From the NCBI GenBank assembly GCA_048496795.1, contig JBGCXB010000002.1, positions 20,621-84,620 on the forward strand: DNA of 64,000 nt, given 5' to 3'. The notes beneath the pieces are model-generated. The model searched no databases. It had not been told where the DNA came from and was given only the letters and a program-made list of their open reading frames with translations. Source of the stretch: Aaplasma endosymbiont of Hyalomma asiaticum. GTDB lineage: Bacteria; Pseudomonadota; Alphaproteobacteria; Rickettsiales; Anaplasmataceae. Positions 1 through 10,342 of the stretch are shown here, piece by piece (the first letter of the stretch is position 1; each line of letters begins with the position of its first letter). Made by a program: the position numbers and the translations under genes.

Positions 1-448
1 TCCACAGTTTGTACTGGGAATTGTATGGAACTTTGGGATCTTAATAGGTTCGGCAATCGCCATTAATAAAATAGCGCTGGGGCCGGTATTGTTGTACATA
101 GGGTGTATATTCTGGGTAACCGCTTTTGACACCATCTACGCCCATCAGGACAAGGAATATGATGCAGCGTTGGGGGTGGGAAGCACAGCGTTAAAGTTTG
201 GAGGGAACACCGGAAAATATATCAAGAGACTGTATATCATCACCATAACTATGTGGTTTTGTGCAGGGATTGTTGCGTATCTGGGTTGGCCTTATTACCT
301 GTGCATGCTTGCGTGCATGGCGGTGTTCTATTATCAGTACAAAAAGACAGATTTTGACAACCCACAAAGATGCATGTATATGTTCAAAGCGAACATATAC
401 GTCGGAGTGCTGCTATTTCTCGGTGCGTGTTTGGGGCGTGGTGTGTAG
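1..448 (+). CDS. ubiA: 4-hydroxybenzoate polyprenyltransferase (UbiA family), C-terminal part; the 5' end lies upstream of the window
   Basis: The reading frame is open from nt 2 to the TAG at 446-448. The translation (..FWVTAFDTIYAHQDKEYDAALGV..) matches the second Asp-rich UbiA motif region and is followed by hydrophobic helices. Confidence 0.8.
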   Translation, partial: PQFVLGIVWNFGILIGSAIAINKIALGPVLLYIGCIFWVTAFDTIYAHQDKEYDAALGVGSTALKFGGNTGKYIKRLYIITITMWFCAGIVAYLGWPYYLCMLACMAVFYYQYKKTDFDNPQRCMYMFKANIYVGVLLFLGACLGRGV

Positions 449-476
449 TTTCGGGGACTCTTGTGATTTTTATTAG

Positions 477-968
477 ATGCGGGTAGGTCGGGTATCGTCC
501 AAACGCTTTAAGTCCTGCATGGGCAGGTTTGCAACTGGGGTCACTGTTGTTACGTCCACGGACTGCGCTGGGGTGATGCATGGGGTGACTGTTAGCTCTT
601 TTAATTCAGTGTCGTTGGATCCGCCTTTGGTTCTGTTTTCCATACAGAGGTCGTCTTCTAGGTTTCGCGCCTTTAGTGAGTGTTCTAGATTTGTCGTAAA
701 TGTACTGGGTGATAGTCAAAAGGAGGTATCGCAAGACTTTGCCTATAGAAGCGAAGGACACTGGGATAGCCACGATTTCATTGTTTTAAATGACATACCG
801 GTCATATGCGGGTCGCTTGCGTATTTTTACTGCTCTTTGTACAGTGTGTACGATGGCGGAGACCACGAAATTGTCGTGGGACGCGTGCTAGATTGCGCTA
901 ACATTGAGGACGATGAACCTTTGTTATATTACCGTGGCAGATATTGGACAATAGGCAAGGAGTTGTAG
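477..968 (+). CDS. flavin reductase-like FMN-binding domain protein
   Basis: 163 aa. FKSCMGRFATGVTVVTS and VSSFNSVSLDPPLVLFSI are typical of the flavin reductase (Flavin_Reduct) fold. Confidence 0.7.
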   Translation: MRVGRVSSKRFKSCMGRFATGVTVVTSTDCAGVMHGVTVSSFNSVSLDPPLVLFSIQRSSSRFRAFSECSRFVVNVLGDSQKEVSQDFAYRSEGHWDSHDFIVLNDIPVICGSLAYFYCSLYSVYDGGDHEIVVGRVLDCANIEDDEPLLYYRGRYWTIGKEL

Positions 969-1578
969 TTTTTGTGTCCGTACTTTCTCCAGGCGTGGTA
1001 CTTTTACACTATCACGCTAGAACCGGTTCAATGATGCAAATGTGACTTTAGAATTTATAGTACAGTGTGTTGTCCCGTTAGGGGTTACATTGGTTATTTC
1101 TGCAGGCAGAGAAAAGGGGATAAGAGGCAATTCAGTTATATTAGCGTTGATGGGGTAAAACTTTGGTGCTATAAGAGGCCTCTGCGGTTGTAGGATGTTA
1201 TCTTGCAGCTGGCCTTGAGAGCTGTATTCTCTTATACTGCCGATGAAGAATACATTTTGTGTTGTTGGAGTGTGAGTTCTTTGTGATCGGGTATCTGGAT
1301 ACGGCAGGGGTGCGTGCTCCTAAGCCAGAAGCGCATGGTATAGGGCTGAACTACCGGTATTGGGAAAGCTCAGTAAAGTGTTGGGGCGGTTTGTGAGGTG
1401 GGGCTTGCTATTTCCCGCTTTTGTATGTGTCTAGAGACCAGGTGTGTAGCTGAGCAGCTTTGTAGGTTGAGAATTGTGAAAGGAGAGTGTATGGTTCACG
1501 GCTTGTTAAGAGAATTTTTCGGTTTGTAGGCGAGATGATTACTTTAAATCAAGTGTCTGCTGGGGGAGCATAGTTCAG

Positions 1579-2337
1579 ATGTCGGATATTCACGCGGTTG
1601 TACAGAATCTTAATCTTTGGTACGACGGGAAGCAGACTTTGTTTGATATAAACCTCAACGTGTATAAAAGAGAGGTCACGGCGCTCATAGGTCCTTCTGG
1701 GTGTGGCAAGTCCACGCTTTTGAGGTGTTTCAACAGAATGAATGACTTTGTACCCAACTGTAAGGTAGAGGGAAAGATAGACATTGATGGGATGGATGTT
1801 TTCTCTGTGAAGACAGATGTTGTCCTTTTAAGAGCAAGGGTTGGCATGGTGTTCCAGAAACCGAACCCGTTTCCCAAATCCATATATGATAACATAGCTT
1901 ACGGACCAAAGTTGCACGGGCTTGCGAGAAGTAAAAAGAAGCTGGACAGTATCGTCGAAGAGAGCCTTCGCAGTGTTGGGCTATGGGAGGAGCTGGGGAG
2001 CAGGCTCAAGGATAACGCGTGTAAACTCTCTGGAGGGCAACAGCAGCGGTTGTGTATTGCCAGAGCTATTGCCGTAAAACCCACAATGTTGCTTATGGAT
2101 GAACCTTGTTCTGCTCTTGACCCCGTATCGACTGGAGTTGTGGAAAATCTCATAAGAGATCTAAAGAAAAAGTTTTCCATAGTGGTGGTGACTCATTCAA
2201 TAAAACAGATGCAAAAAATTGCTGATAAAGTCGTGTTTTTTTCGGGGGGAAAAATCGTCGAGCAGGGAGGGACATACGACATATTCAACAACCCGAAATC
2301 CGCTGAGGTGAGGAGCTATCTTGAAGAGCATCCGTAG
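1579..2337 (+). CDS. pstB: phosphate ABC transporter ATP-binding protein PstB
   Basis: Walker A GPSGCGKST, PstB-typical LRCFNRMND, ABC signature LSGGQQQRL, Walker B LLMDEPCSALD. Confidence 0.93.
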   Translation: MSDIHAVVQNLNLWYDGKQTLFDINLNVYKREVTALIGPSGCGKSTLLRCFNRMNDFVPNCKVEGKIDIDGMDVFSVKTDVVLLRARVGMVFQKPNPFPKSIYDNIAYGPKLHGLARSKKKLDSIVEESLRSVGLWEELGSRLKDNACKLSGGQQQRLCIARAIAVKPTMLLMDEPCSALDPVSTGVVENLIRDLKKKFSIVVVTHSIKQMQKIADKVVFFSGGKIVEQGGTYDIFNNPKSAEVRSYLEEHP

Positions 2338-2412
2338 AAGACGATTATCACCCAGCTCAGCTTTTTGATATACACACGGGTTCGAGTTACGGTATGTTCC
2401 GTTGGGTGGGGC

Positions 2413-3609
2413 TCAAACGTCGTTAGATCTGGTGTCCCATCTGGTCAATTCTTCTTCTAGGGTTCCGTTGGTTATGGACTTTCTGACGAGTTGCATCAAC
2501 TTATTCATGAAATGCACATTGTGTATGGTAATTAATGAATAAGCCAGTAGTTCTTTGGCCTTCAGTAGGTGGTGTAGGTATCCTCTTGAATGATTTACAC
2601 ATGTGTAACATGCACAATCTTGCTCTATTGGTTCAATGTCGGGCTTGAACTTTGACGCGTGTAAATTTATATACTCTCTTCCAAGAACATCTCTGTGTTC
2701 TGGTTGAACCAACGCAGCACCGTGCCGTGCAATTCTTGTTGGATAGACGCAGTCAAACGTATCGACCCCGCGTAACGCTCCGTGGAATATATCAACAGCA
2801 TTACCTATTCCAAGTAAGTGTAAAGGACGTTTTTTGTCCAACATATCACTGGTCAAGGACACGATGTCGTACATTTGTTGTTTGCATGCCCCCAAAGATC
2901 CGCCTATTGCGTTTCCAAAAAACGGGAAGTTATTTGCGAACTCACAGCTAACATGCCTGAGATCTCTGTACACTCCTCCTTGTATAACGCAATAAAGCGC
3001 CTGAGTACCATCATGGGTCTTCTTAAACTCCTCTAGTGACCTTTGAGCCCACCGAGTGCTCATATGCATAGACTTTTTTGTGTATTCATAACTTGTATGA
3101 AATGGAGTACACTCGTCAAGTACAACCACTAAGTCTGCCCCTAGTTTTTGTTGTATTTCGATCGACTTTTCTGGTGTCAAGTGATATAACTCCCCACTCA
3201 GATATGATCTGAAATACGCGCCGCTCTCATCGATTTTTATGATCGATGACCTATTGCGCAGCAGCCTTCTTCCCTTCAACTCTTCGGATACGGATCCATA
3301 TCCCAAGCTGAAAATTTGGTACCCGCCAGAGTCAGTAAGCATTGGGCCATTCCATCCTGTCATTTTGTGAAGGCCTCCTAGAGATTTTACAAGGTCTGCA
3401 CCAGGTTGAAGCATCAGATGATAAGTGTTGGAAAGAATTGCCTGTGTTCCGCACTCTTGCACTGCAGGCATTGCCAAAGATTTTATGGATGCCTTTGTGG
3501 CGCAGAAAATGAAAGCAGGGGTGTATATTGTACCATGTGGAGTGGTCAAAATGCCTACTCTTGCTTTTCCAGATTCTGCGAGAATTTTGAAGCCAAAATT
3601 TTCATACAT
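2413..3609 (-). CDS. tgt: queuine tRNA-ribosyltransferase (tRNA-guanine transglycosylase)
   Basis: 398 aa with LSNTYHL, TDSGGYQ, VLDEC and the zinc motif CACYTC...H. Confidence 0.9.
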   Translation of the reverse strand: MYENFGFKILAESGKARVGILTTPHGTIYTPAFIFCATKASIKSLAMPAVQECGTQAILSNTYHLMLQPGADLVKSLGGLHKMTGWNGPMLTDSGGYQIFSLGYGSVSEELKGRRLLRNRSSIIKIDESGAYFRSYLSGELYHLTPEKSIEIQQKLGADLVVVLDECTPFHTSYEYTKKSMHMSTRWAQRSLEEFKKTHDGTQALYCVIQGGVYRDLRHVSCEFANNFPFFGNAIGGSLGACKQQMYDIVSLTSDMLDKKRPLHLLGIGNAVDIFHGALRGVDTFDCVYPTRIARHGAALVQPEHRDVLGREYINLHASKFKPDIEPIEQDCACYTCVNHSRGYLHHLLKAKELLAYSLITIHNVHFMNKLMQLVRKSITNGTLEEELTRWDTRSNDV

Positions 3610-3850
3610 ACTGATAGAGTTCGTGTGGAAGTGGGGTAATGCTAGGTGATTAACGCACGCTTTGCATCAAAAAAGTTGTCTTTTTTACCGCAAAATAGGT
3701 TTCACAGGACCCATAGTTCTATGTGTGATTGTGTAATAACACAATTGGTGCAATGCAACACGTCATAAATGAGCTAAATCTTGCGAAATGCAGTTGCGAA
3801 TATTTGTTTTCTGAGTGACAATCGACAATTCGATCAATGAGGGTTACGTT

Positions 3851-4027
3851 ATGGCTGTACCTAAGAGGAAGAAGTCCAAGTCGCGTCGTAACATGCATCG
3901 TTCCCATTTGGGACTCGAGGCGCCAAATGTAGTTATAGACCCCACTACAGGGGAATACAAGCTGTCACATCATGTGTGTTTGGGGGGATACTACAATGGA
4001 AAGCAGGTAGCAAAATCTAAGGTGTAG
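3851..4027 (+). CDS. rpmF: 50S ribosomal protein L32
   Basis: [19 protein letters not shown] is a canonical L32 N-terminus. The ORF-track start at 3815 is probably an artefactual extension. Confidence 0.9.
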   Translation: MAVPKRKKSKSRRNMHRSHLGLEAPNVVIDPTTGEYKLSHHVCLGGYYNGKQVAKSKV

Positions 4028-5068
4028 TTGTTAATGACAGATAGTCAGGATGAGAGTATATCCGTGGCACTGGATGCCATGGGGGGTGATGCTGCTCCCG
4101 ATGCTGTGATAGAAGGAGCAAACCTTGTGTTATCAGGGGAGGTTCCTTGCGACGGGAAGGTTCACTTTAGCATATACGGAAAGGAGGACGTTGTCGCGCC
4201 TGTCTTGTCGAAGTATAAGCTTGTCGGAAACAACAGTGTGTTTATAGATGTTCCCGATGTTGTGTTGTCTACGGATAGGCCTTCCTACGCACTGAGGCAC
4301 CGCAGACGTTCGAGCATGTGGCGTGCCGTCGAGGATGTGAAGAAGGGTCTTGTTGCTGGGATGGTGTCTTCAGGTAATACTGGGGCGCTTATGGCAATTT
4401 CTAGATATGTACTGGGTACCATGCAGAGCATAGACAGACCCGCCATAGCGACTGCGTTACCGTCAAGAGAGAGCAACTTTGTAATTTTGGACTTGGGAGC
4501 TAATGTTGAATGTAATGCGGATGCATTGTTTCAGTTTGCGGTAATGGGAGTTGCGTTTGCGAAAGCGGTTTTGGGAAGAAAAGATCCCAAGGTTGGGTTG
4601 CTCAATGTAGGGGCAGAGGAAAGTAAAGGCACTTCGGAAGTACAGAGGGCTTTTGCATTGCTTAAAGATGCAAAACTGAAGATGGATTTCTACGGCTATA
4701 TCGAGGCCGAAGAAGTTTTCAATGGGAATGTGGATGTGTTAGTCACGGATGGGTTTTCCGGCAATGTTTTGCTGAAAACTGCTGAAGCTGTGGCAAATTT
4801 ACTGGAAGATCTCTTCAAGGGTGTTGTTAAGTCTTCCATAATATGCAAGATGGCTGCGGGTATGTTGTTGCCTGCTCTAAAGAGGGGTACTCGCCATATG
4901 AATCCAAAGCAATACAATGGTGCGATGCTGTTGGGGTTGGATGGTGTTGTAGTAAAGAGCCATGGCGGGGCGGATGGCAAGGCGTTCGCATATGCAATAA
5001 GGACGGCCGTAAATTCTGCACGTTATGATATTGTTTCGAAAATTGCATCTGAGATAAGTGTTATTTGA
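4028..5068 (+). CDS. plsX: phosphate acyltransferase PlsX
   Basis: AMGGD and [10 protein letters not shown] motifs, in the conserved rpmF-plsX-fabH order. The probable real start is the ATG at 4034. Confidence 0.9.
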   Translation: MLMTDSQDESISVALDAMGGDAAPDAVIEGANLVLSGEVPCDGKVHFSIYGKEDVVAPVLSKYKLVGNNSVFIDVPDVVLSTDRPSYALRHRRRSSMWRAVEDVKKGLVAGMVSSGNTGALMAISRYVLGTMQSIDRPAIATALPSRESNFVILDLGANVECNADALFQFAVMGVAFAKAVLGRKDPKVGLLNVGAEESKGTSEVQRAFALLKDAKLKMDFYGYIEAEEVFNGNVDVLVTDGFSGNVLLKTAEAVANLLEDLFKGVVKSSIICKMAAGMLLPALKRGTRHMNPKQYNGAMLLGLDGVVVKSHGGADGKAFAYAIRTAVNSARYDIVSKIASEISVI

Positions 5069-6033
5069 TGAAGATGAAAGCGGTTTTGAGGGGTGTGGGC
5101 GCTTTTTTGCCACAAAAGGTGGTTACCAATGACGATTTGTCTTTGATAGTGGATACTACAGACGAGTGGGTATTTAGGAGAACAGGGATAAAGCAGAGAT
5201 GCTTGATTCAGGATGGTGAGAGTACTTGTGACATGGCAGTAAAAGCTGCTCAGGATGCAATTGATGATGCGGGTATATCTGTTGATGATGTTGACCTTAT
5301 AGTTGTTGCGACATCAACTCCTGACAAGACGTTGCCAAGCTGTGCAATGATGGTACAGGGCCAGCTGGGTTGTCGAAGGGCATTTGCTTTTGACATTAAT
5401 GCAGCCTGCTCCGGTTTTGTGTACTCAATTTCTATTGTGGACAGTTTGATAAGGACTGGGCAAGTGAACACAGCTTTGTTGATAGGTGCAGAATCAATGT
5501 CGAAGATAGTAGACTGGAGCGATAGATCTACGTGTGTTTTGTTTGGTGATGGTGCTGGTGCTTGTGTTTTCAGGGGGGAAGAAGATGACCCGAGTAGAGG
5601 TATTGAGTCTACAATTCTCCTGGCCGATGGATCTCTAAGTGATATCTTGTACACCGATGGTGGGGTGTCTACAACTGGAAGTGCTGGGTGCATACGTATG
5701 AAGGGAACGGTACTGTTTGAGCATGCCATAGTAAACCTTTCGTCATCAATATCTAGTTTGTTAGAACGTAATTCTATTTCTATTTCTGCAATTGATTGGT
5801 TTGTGCCACACCAGGCAAATATACGTATTGTGGATATGGTAGCTAAGAAGTTGGGCATACCTCATGAAAAAGTAATTCTTAGCATAGAAAACCACGCTAA
5901 TACTTCTGCTGCGTCAATACCTCTAGCGATGCGTGATGCAAAGCGTGCAGGGAAGTTGCTACCCGGGCAACTTGTACTTTTAGCAGCGATTGGTGCGGGC
6001 ATAACTTGGGGAGCAAGCCTGATAAGGCTGTAA
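5065..6033 (+). CDS. fabH: 3-oxoacyl-ACP synthase III (FabH)
   Basis: Active-site AACSGF, HQAN and GNTSAAS-like NTSAAS motifs. The ATG at 5068 overlaps the plsX stop (TGATG). Confidence 0.92.
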   Translation: MMKMKAVLRGVGAFLPQKVVTNDDLSLIVDTTDEWVFRRTGIKQRCLIQDGESTCDMAVKAAQDAIDDAGISVDDVDLIVVATSTPDKTLPSCAMMVQGQLGCRRAFAFDINAACSGFVYSISIVDSLIRTGQVNTALLIGAESMSKIVDWSDRSTCVLFGDGAGACVFRGEEDDPSRGIESTILLADGSLSDILYTDGGVSTTGSAGCIRMKGTVLFEHAIVNLSSSISSLLERNSISISAIDWFVPHQANIRIVDMVAKKLGIPHEKVILSIENHANTSAASIPLAMRDAKRAGKLLPGQLVLLAAIGAGITWGASLIRL

Positions 6034-6196
6034 GCTTGATTCGTGTGTGATATTAATTCCAACTTGTAACTACGGTGGGGTTATGGTTTGCGATATCGAA
6101 AATGTGGAGATTTTTGTATATTAGTGCGTATGCAAAAATCTTGCTGTATTTTCTCGGGCAAATTTTTCTACATTGCAGCTTTTTTGTTCAAAGCTG

Positions 6197-6787
6197 TTAC
6201 TTGCGTTCTTGTGTTGATGTAGTAATCCCGGATTTTTTAAAAGAGTTCAAGTTCTTACTCTGGGCATGTTTTTGAGAGCTTTCCCGTATTTTCTCGAAGA
6301 ATCCCTTCAATATTTCAGAGTTTTCTTGTTCAAGAAACCCTCCATAAACTTCTGGAACATGGTGACAGTACTGAAATATTCTTGGACCGTTTTCCACGCT
6401 GCCAAGTTTTTGATTATATGCTCCAAAGTATAGCCGTCTAATCCTGGCAAAGGATATTGCTTGGGCACACATTGCACATGGTTCTAGGGTGACATACATG
6501 TCGCACTCATCTAGTATATGAGTGGATAATGACATGCACGCAGACCGCAAAGCTATGACTTCAGCATGAGCTGTGGGATCATGGCTAACGATGCTCTTAT
6601 TATGCGCTCTCGATATTACTTTCCCATTTGCCACAACTATAGCTCCCACAGGAACCTCTTCTGTAGTCTTCACAGCCTCTTCCATGGCTAATCTTATGTA
6701 GTAAGACACACGGCACATATAACATATAATGTAGTGCGTGAATACGACGCTTGCAACAAAGCCCGCCGCCTTTAACGCAGATATCAC
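6197..6787 (-). CDS. tadA: tRNA-specific adenosine deaminase TadA (CMP/dCMP deaminase zinc-binding)
   Basis: HAEVIAL and PCAMCAQA zinc-ligand motifs. The real start is probably an internal Met (about 6718 or 6685). Confidence 0.85.
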   Translation of the reverse strand: MISALKAAGFVASVVFTHYIICYMCRVSYYIRLAMEEAVKTTEEVPVGAIVVANGKVISRAHNKSIVSHDPTAHAEVIALRSACMSLSTHILDECDMYVTLEPCAMCAQAISFARIRRLYFGAYNQKLGSVENGPRIFQYCHHVPEVYGGFLEQENSEILKGFFEKIRESSQKHAQSKNLNSFKKSGITTSTQERK

Positions 6788-6895
6788 GGATAGTTACCGC
6801 GTCATTATACACTGACTTCTAGGTAGGCCAATTGCTTTTTCGTTTTATCATATTGTGCTAGAATAGCTGCACGTTTATAGGTACTCCGGGCTGTC

Positions 6896-7327
6896 ATGAC
6901 TTTCAAAGTTCTTGCTGGGTTTTTCATCGTTATAGCAGTCTGTCTCGGTTTGGGTTTTCTTAGCTTGTGCTGTAAAGCGGTTTCAAAATTTGTAGCAGGG
7001 CTCTTTGAGGAACCGGACGAAGAAGACCTTACCGACGAAGAAAAACATAGGTTATACCTGGAGAAGAAACATAGAGAGCTGGCTAGGGAGAAAATAAACG
7101 TCCGTGCTCTTAATAGGGATGCTTCACTGGACCAGGCCGAATATAAGAATTCTGTGAAGATAATAGGGCTCATTGAGCCCATTGGCCGGTGGACCAGATA
7201 TGTAATGTCAGAAAAGCACCAAAGACTTGTTGGTCTCAAACCAAATAAGTTGCAAAATGGCTTTTGGCAGATGTTGGTTAGTATGAAGGGCATGTACCAA
7301 GGTAAATACAAAGGAAAATCCAGGTAG
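6896..7327 (+). CDS. hypothetical membrane-anchored protein (one N-terminal TM helix, charged tail)
   Basis: 143-aa ORF. N-terminal FKVLAGFFIVIAVCLGLGFLSL is followed by a Glu/Lys-rich tail. It is preferred over the overlapping low-complexity antisense ORF at 6805..7335. No recognisable family. Confidence 0.45.
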   Translation: MTFKVLAGFFIVIAVCLGLGFLSLCCKAVSKFVAGLFEEPDEEDLTDEEKHRLYLEKKHRELAREKINVRALNRDASLDQAEYKNSVKIIGLIEPIGRWTRYVMSEKHQRLVGLKPNKLQNGFWQMLVSMKGMYQGKYKGKSR

Positions 7328-7382
7328 TCTAGCACGTAGTCTATTGATTTGATAATATATCAGCTGTGTTTAGTGATGGAGG

Positions 7383-8834
7383 TTGCTTGTGCAAGGCTCA
7401 GAGGGTAGATGTTCGCCGAAAGATATTGTTCATTTGCCGAACAATGTTGAAGCTGAGCAGATGCTCATTGGTGCCATGTTGAGAGATAATAGAATATGCG
7501 ATGCCCTAGAGGATATCATTAGTTCTGACGTGTTCTATGATCCTCTACATGGTCGAATTTTTGACCAAGTTGTGAAGATAAACAAGAGGGGGCTTTCGGC
7601 AAATGAGATAAGCCTTAAAATGTTTTTTGATACCGATGAAGCTCTAGCCGAGTGCGGTGGTGGGGAATATCTTGCCAAAATAGCAGCAAAAGCCAGTGTA
7701 GTTTTTGACATCAGGAGTGTTGCAAAAGTGGTTTTTGATGCGCATCTAAGAAGATGTTTGATTGCTCTTGGTAGTGATATTGTCTGTAACGCGTACGATT
7801 ATGATTCTGACAATCACGCGGAGCATCAAATAGAAAACGCTGCACAGAGGCTTTTTCTATTAGGAAATCAAGGTAAGTCAGACAAAAACTACCATGTATT
7901 TTCCACACTTATAGAGGATGTTAGAAAAAAAATTGAGGCAGCCAGAGGGAACAAGAACGCGCTGCAGGGTATAACAGTAGGGCTTAAGGATCTAGATCAT
8001 CTGCTGAATGGAATGCAGAATGCTGATTTGATTATTCTAGCCGCGCGCCCGTCCATGGGTAAAACAGCATTAGCGCTCAATATGGCATTGAATGCATGCA
8101 AATCTCTCAAGGGTCAGGGGAAAAGTGTTGGTTTCTTCTCTCTTGAAATGTCCGCAGAGCACATTGCATCTAGGCTTGTATCAATAGAGTCAGAAATCAG
8201 CTCCTATAAGGCCCTAGCTGGAAAGATAAGCAATAGCGAACTACAGCAGGTGCTCAGGGCGAGCGAGGGCATTTGCAATCTTCCATTGGTAATAGACGAT
8301 TCTTCTGTATTGTCTATCAGCGGGCTAAGAACAAGAATAAGAAGAATGCACCAACTTCATAACATAGCCGTTGTTTTTGTTGACTACCTGCAACTCATTA
8401 AGGGAACCACCAAAAGAAGTGGAGAAAACAGGGTTCAGGAAGTATCTGAAGTTACTCAGGGGCTTAAGGCCATAGCAAAAGAACTAGATATTCCCTTGGT
8501 GGCGCTATCTCAATTGTCGAGGTTAGTTGAGCAACGTGATGATAAAAAACCACAATTATCTGATCTACGTGATTCAGGTAGCATTGAGCAAGATGCTGAT
8601 GTAGTGATGTTTTTGTATAGAGAAGAATATTACGAATTGAGGAAACAGCCGGCTGAAGGAACATCGAAACATGCAGAATGGCAGAAGAAGATGGAATCAA
8701 TAAGCAATCTTGCTGATGTCCTTGTTTCCAAGCAAAGAAATGGCCCCATAGGAAATGTCAGGTTATTTTTTGAACCTGAGAAAGGGAAGTTCCGAGATTA
8801 CACAGCGCGTTACGATATCTATGACAGGGATTGA
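7383..8834 (+). CDS. dnaB: replicative DNA helicase DnaB
   Basis: PNNVEAEQMLIGAML N-terminal domain, Walker A ARPSMGKTA, VDYLQLI, SQLSR, and RNGP near the C-terminus. Confidence 0.95.
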   Translation: MLVQGSEGRCSPKDIVHLPNNVEAEQMLIGAMLRDNRICDALEDIISSDVFYDPLHGRIFDQVVKINKRGLSANEISLKMFFDTDEALAECGGGEYLAKIAAKASVVFDIRSVAKVVFDAHLRRCLIALGSDIVCNAYDYDSDNHAEHQIENAAQRLFLLGNQGKSDKNYHVFSTLIEDVRKKIEAARGNKNALQGITVGLKDLDHLLNGMQNADLIILAARPSMGKTALALNMALNACKSLKGQGKSVGFFSLEMSAEHIASRLVSIESEISSYKALAGKISNSELQQVLRASEGICNLPLVIDDSSVLSISGLRTRIRRMHQLHNIAVVFVDYLQLIKGTTKRSGENRVQEVSEVTQGLKAIAKELDIPLVALSQLSRLVEQRDDKKPQLSDLRDSGSIEQDADVVMFLYREEYYELRKQPAEGTSKHAEWQKKMESISNLADVLVSKQRNGPIGNVRLFFEPEKGKFRDYTARYDIYDRD

Positions 8835-9137
8835 TTTACTGGTGTTGATCAGACAAGTATTATATCTGTGTTCCACTACGCAGTAGTCTTGCTAAGGGAG
8901 CACTGGTTTTTGTGAACACAACTTCATATGTATTGTGAGATAAAGTGGCCACACAATATTTAGTATTGTTTATATCATGTAGACTAGCGCAACAACATAG
9001 TGTCCATAGGAGTTTTTATTGGGCATTACGACGTCATCAGGGCTGATAAAAAGCATAATTTTAATGATTTACTCTAGGCACTAAGCTCGCGATTAGTTAG
9101 CATGTAGACTTTGTAATTCTGACACAAGGGCATACCT

Positions 9138-10196
9138 ATGGCAAGAACTGCCGGAATAGCAGGAGCCGGATTGGCTGGACGGATGCTAGCACTGAGCTTA
9201 CTGAAAGACGGATGGAAAGTCAGCCTTTTTGATAGGGACGGTAAGGAAGGAAAAAAAAGTTGTGGATACACCGCAGGGGGAATGCTGTCGCTTTATTCGG
9301 AAGCTGAAAGTATAGGCGATCTGGTGGTAGAGCTAGGCTACAGGTCCACGGAACTATGGCCAAAAGTTTTACGTGATATGGGTGCGAGTTCATGTCTAAA
9401 AATGTCAGGTAGTTTGATCGTGGCGCACGCAGAGGACCTAACAGATTTGGAAAGAAAGCGCAAGATGATAGAGCGCAGGTTTACTGGGCTATTCAATGAA
9501 TTGCACATAACCAATAATGTGTATGAGTTTGAACGAGAATTATCCGTTCCATACGTAATGCACGTAAGGGGAGAAGGATGTGTGGACAGTCTTGCCTTTT
9601 TTAGGTGCTTGGAGGACGCGCTTGTATACGGGGGTGTTGAATGGTACAGCAATACAAACGTCATATCAGTATCTGGCGGGAAGATAGTGTCTGCTGATAG
9701 TGAATATACTTTTGATTACGTTTTTGATTGCAGGGGCATTGGTGCAAAACATGATATTCCTGGACTAAGAGGGGTCCGCGGCGAAGCGATGATTCTTCAC
9801 GCGCCACATGTTACAATTAAGCACGTAATACGAATGATGCACCCGAGGTATAGTGTATATGTGGTTCCAAGACCCGGAAAAATTTTTCTTATAGGAGCGT
9901 CGGAGATAGAAAGTTGTGACTTTTCCGAAGTGTCTGTTAGATCTGTGTTAGAAATGCTGTCAGCAGTGTATTCGCTTCACCGTGGATTTGCAGAAGCCCG
10001 GATAAAAGAGATGCTGTCTGCTTGCCGTCCGGCCTTTTTAGATAATCTTCCAAGAGTATTGTGGAGCGATAGAGTAGTTCGGATAAATGGCTTGTACAGG
10101 TATGGTTATCTCAGTATGCCTGCGATAATAGAAGATGTGATGACAGTTCTTAACGGAAGTAGTGCACGTTATAAAACATTACATTTTACAGAGTAA
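9138..10196 (+). CDS. FAD-dependent oxidoreductase, glycine oxidase (ThiO)-like
   Basis: N-terminal dinucleotide-binding GIAGAGLAGRMLALSL..V.LFD. Length and layout resemble the DAO/ThiO family. The ThiO assignment is tentative. Confidence 0.6.
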   Translation: MARTAGIAGAGLAGRMLALSLLKDGWKVSLFDRDGKEGKKSCGYTAGGMLSLYSEAESIGDLVVELGYRSTELWPKVLRDMGASSCLKMSGSLIVAHAEDLTDLERKRKMIERRFTGLFNELHITNNVYEFERELSVPYVMHVRGEGCVDSLAFFRCLEDALVYGGVEWYSNTNVISVSGGKIVSADSEYTFDYVFDCRGIGAKHDIPGLRGVRGEAMILHAPHVTIKHVIRMMHPRYSVYVVPRPGKIFLIGASEIESCDFSEVSVRSVLEMLSAVYSLHRGFAEARIKEMLSACRPAFLDNLPRVLWSDRVVRINGLYRYGYLSMPAIIEDVMTVLNGSSARYKTLHFTE

Positions 10197-10342
10197 GCGT
10201 TACTTATAATTCTGCATCGTAACTTGGGTATGTTTTCGCATAAGCGTGCACTGCATTGATCCATGCAGTACACTTAACCGCGATAGCAACCATGTTCGCG
10301 GTAATGCGGAAGAAACAGGGTGGTTGGCGTAATTACATGCAA

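Noticed and set aside
5250-5858. 202-aa ORF antisense to fabH
   Set aside because: It lies entirely inside fabH, has no recognisable motifs, and shows typical antisense codon-shadow composition.
6805-7335. 176-aa minus-strand ORF overlapping the 143-aa plus-strand ORF upstream of dnaB
   Set aside because: Its sequence is Ser-rich and low-complexity. The plus-strand alternative has a clean TM helix and charged tail and sits in operon-like position before dnaB. The choice remains uncertain.
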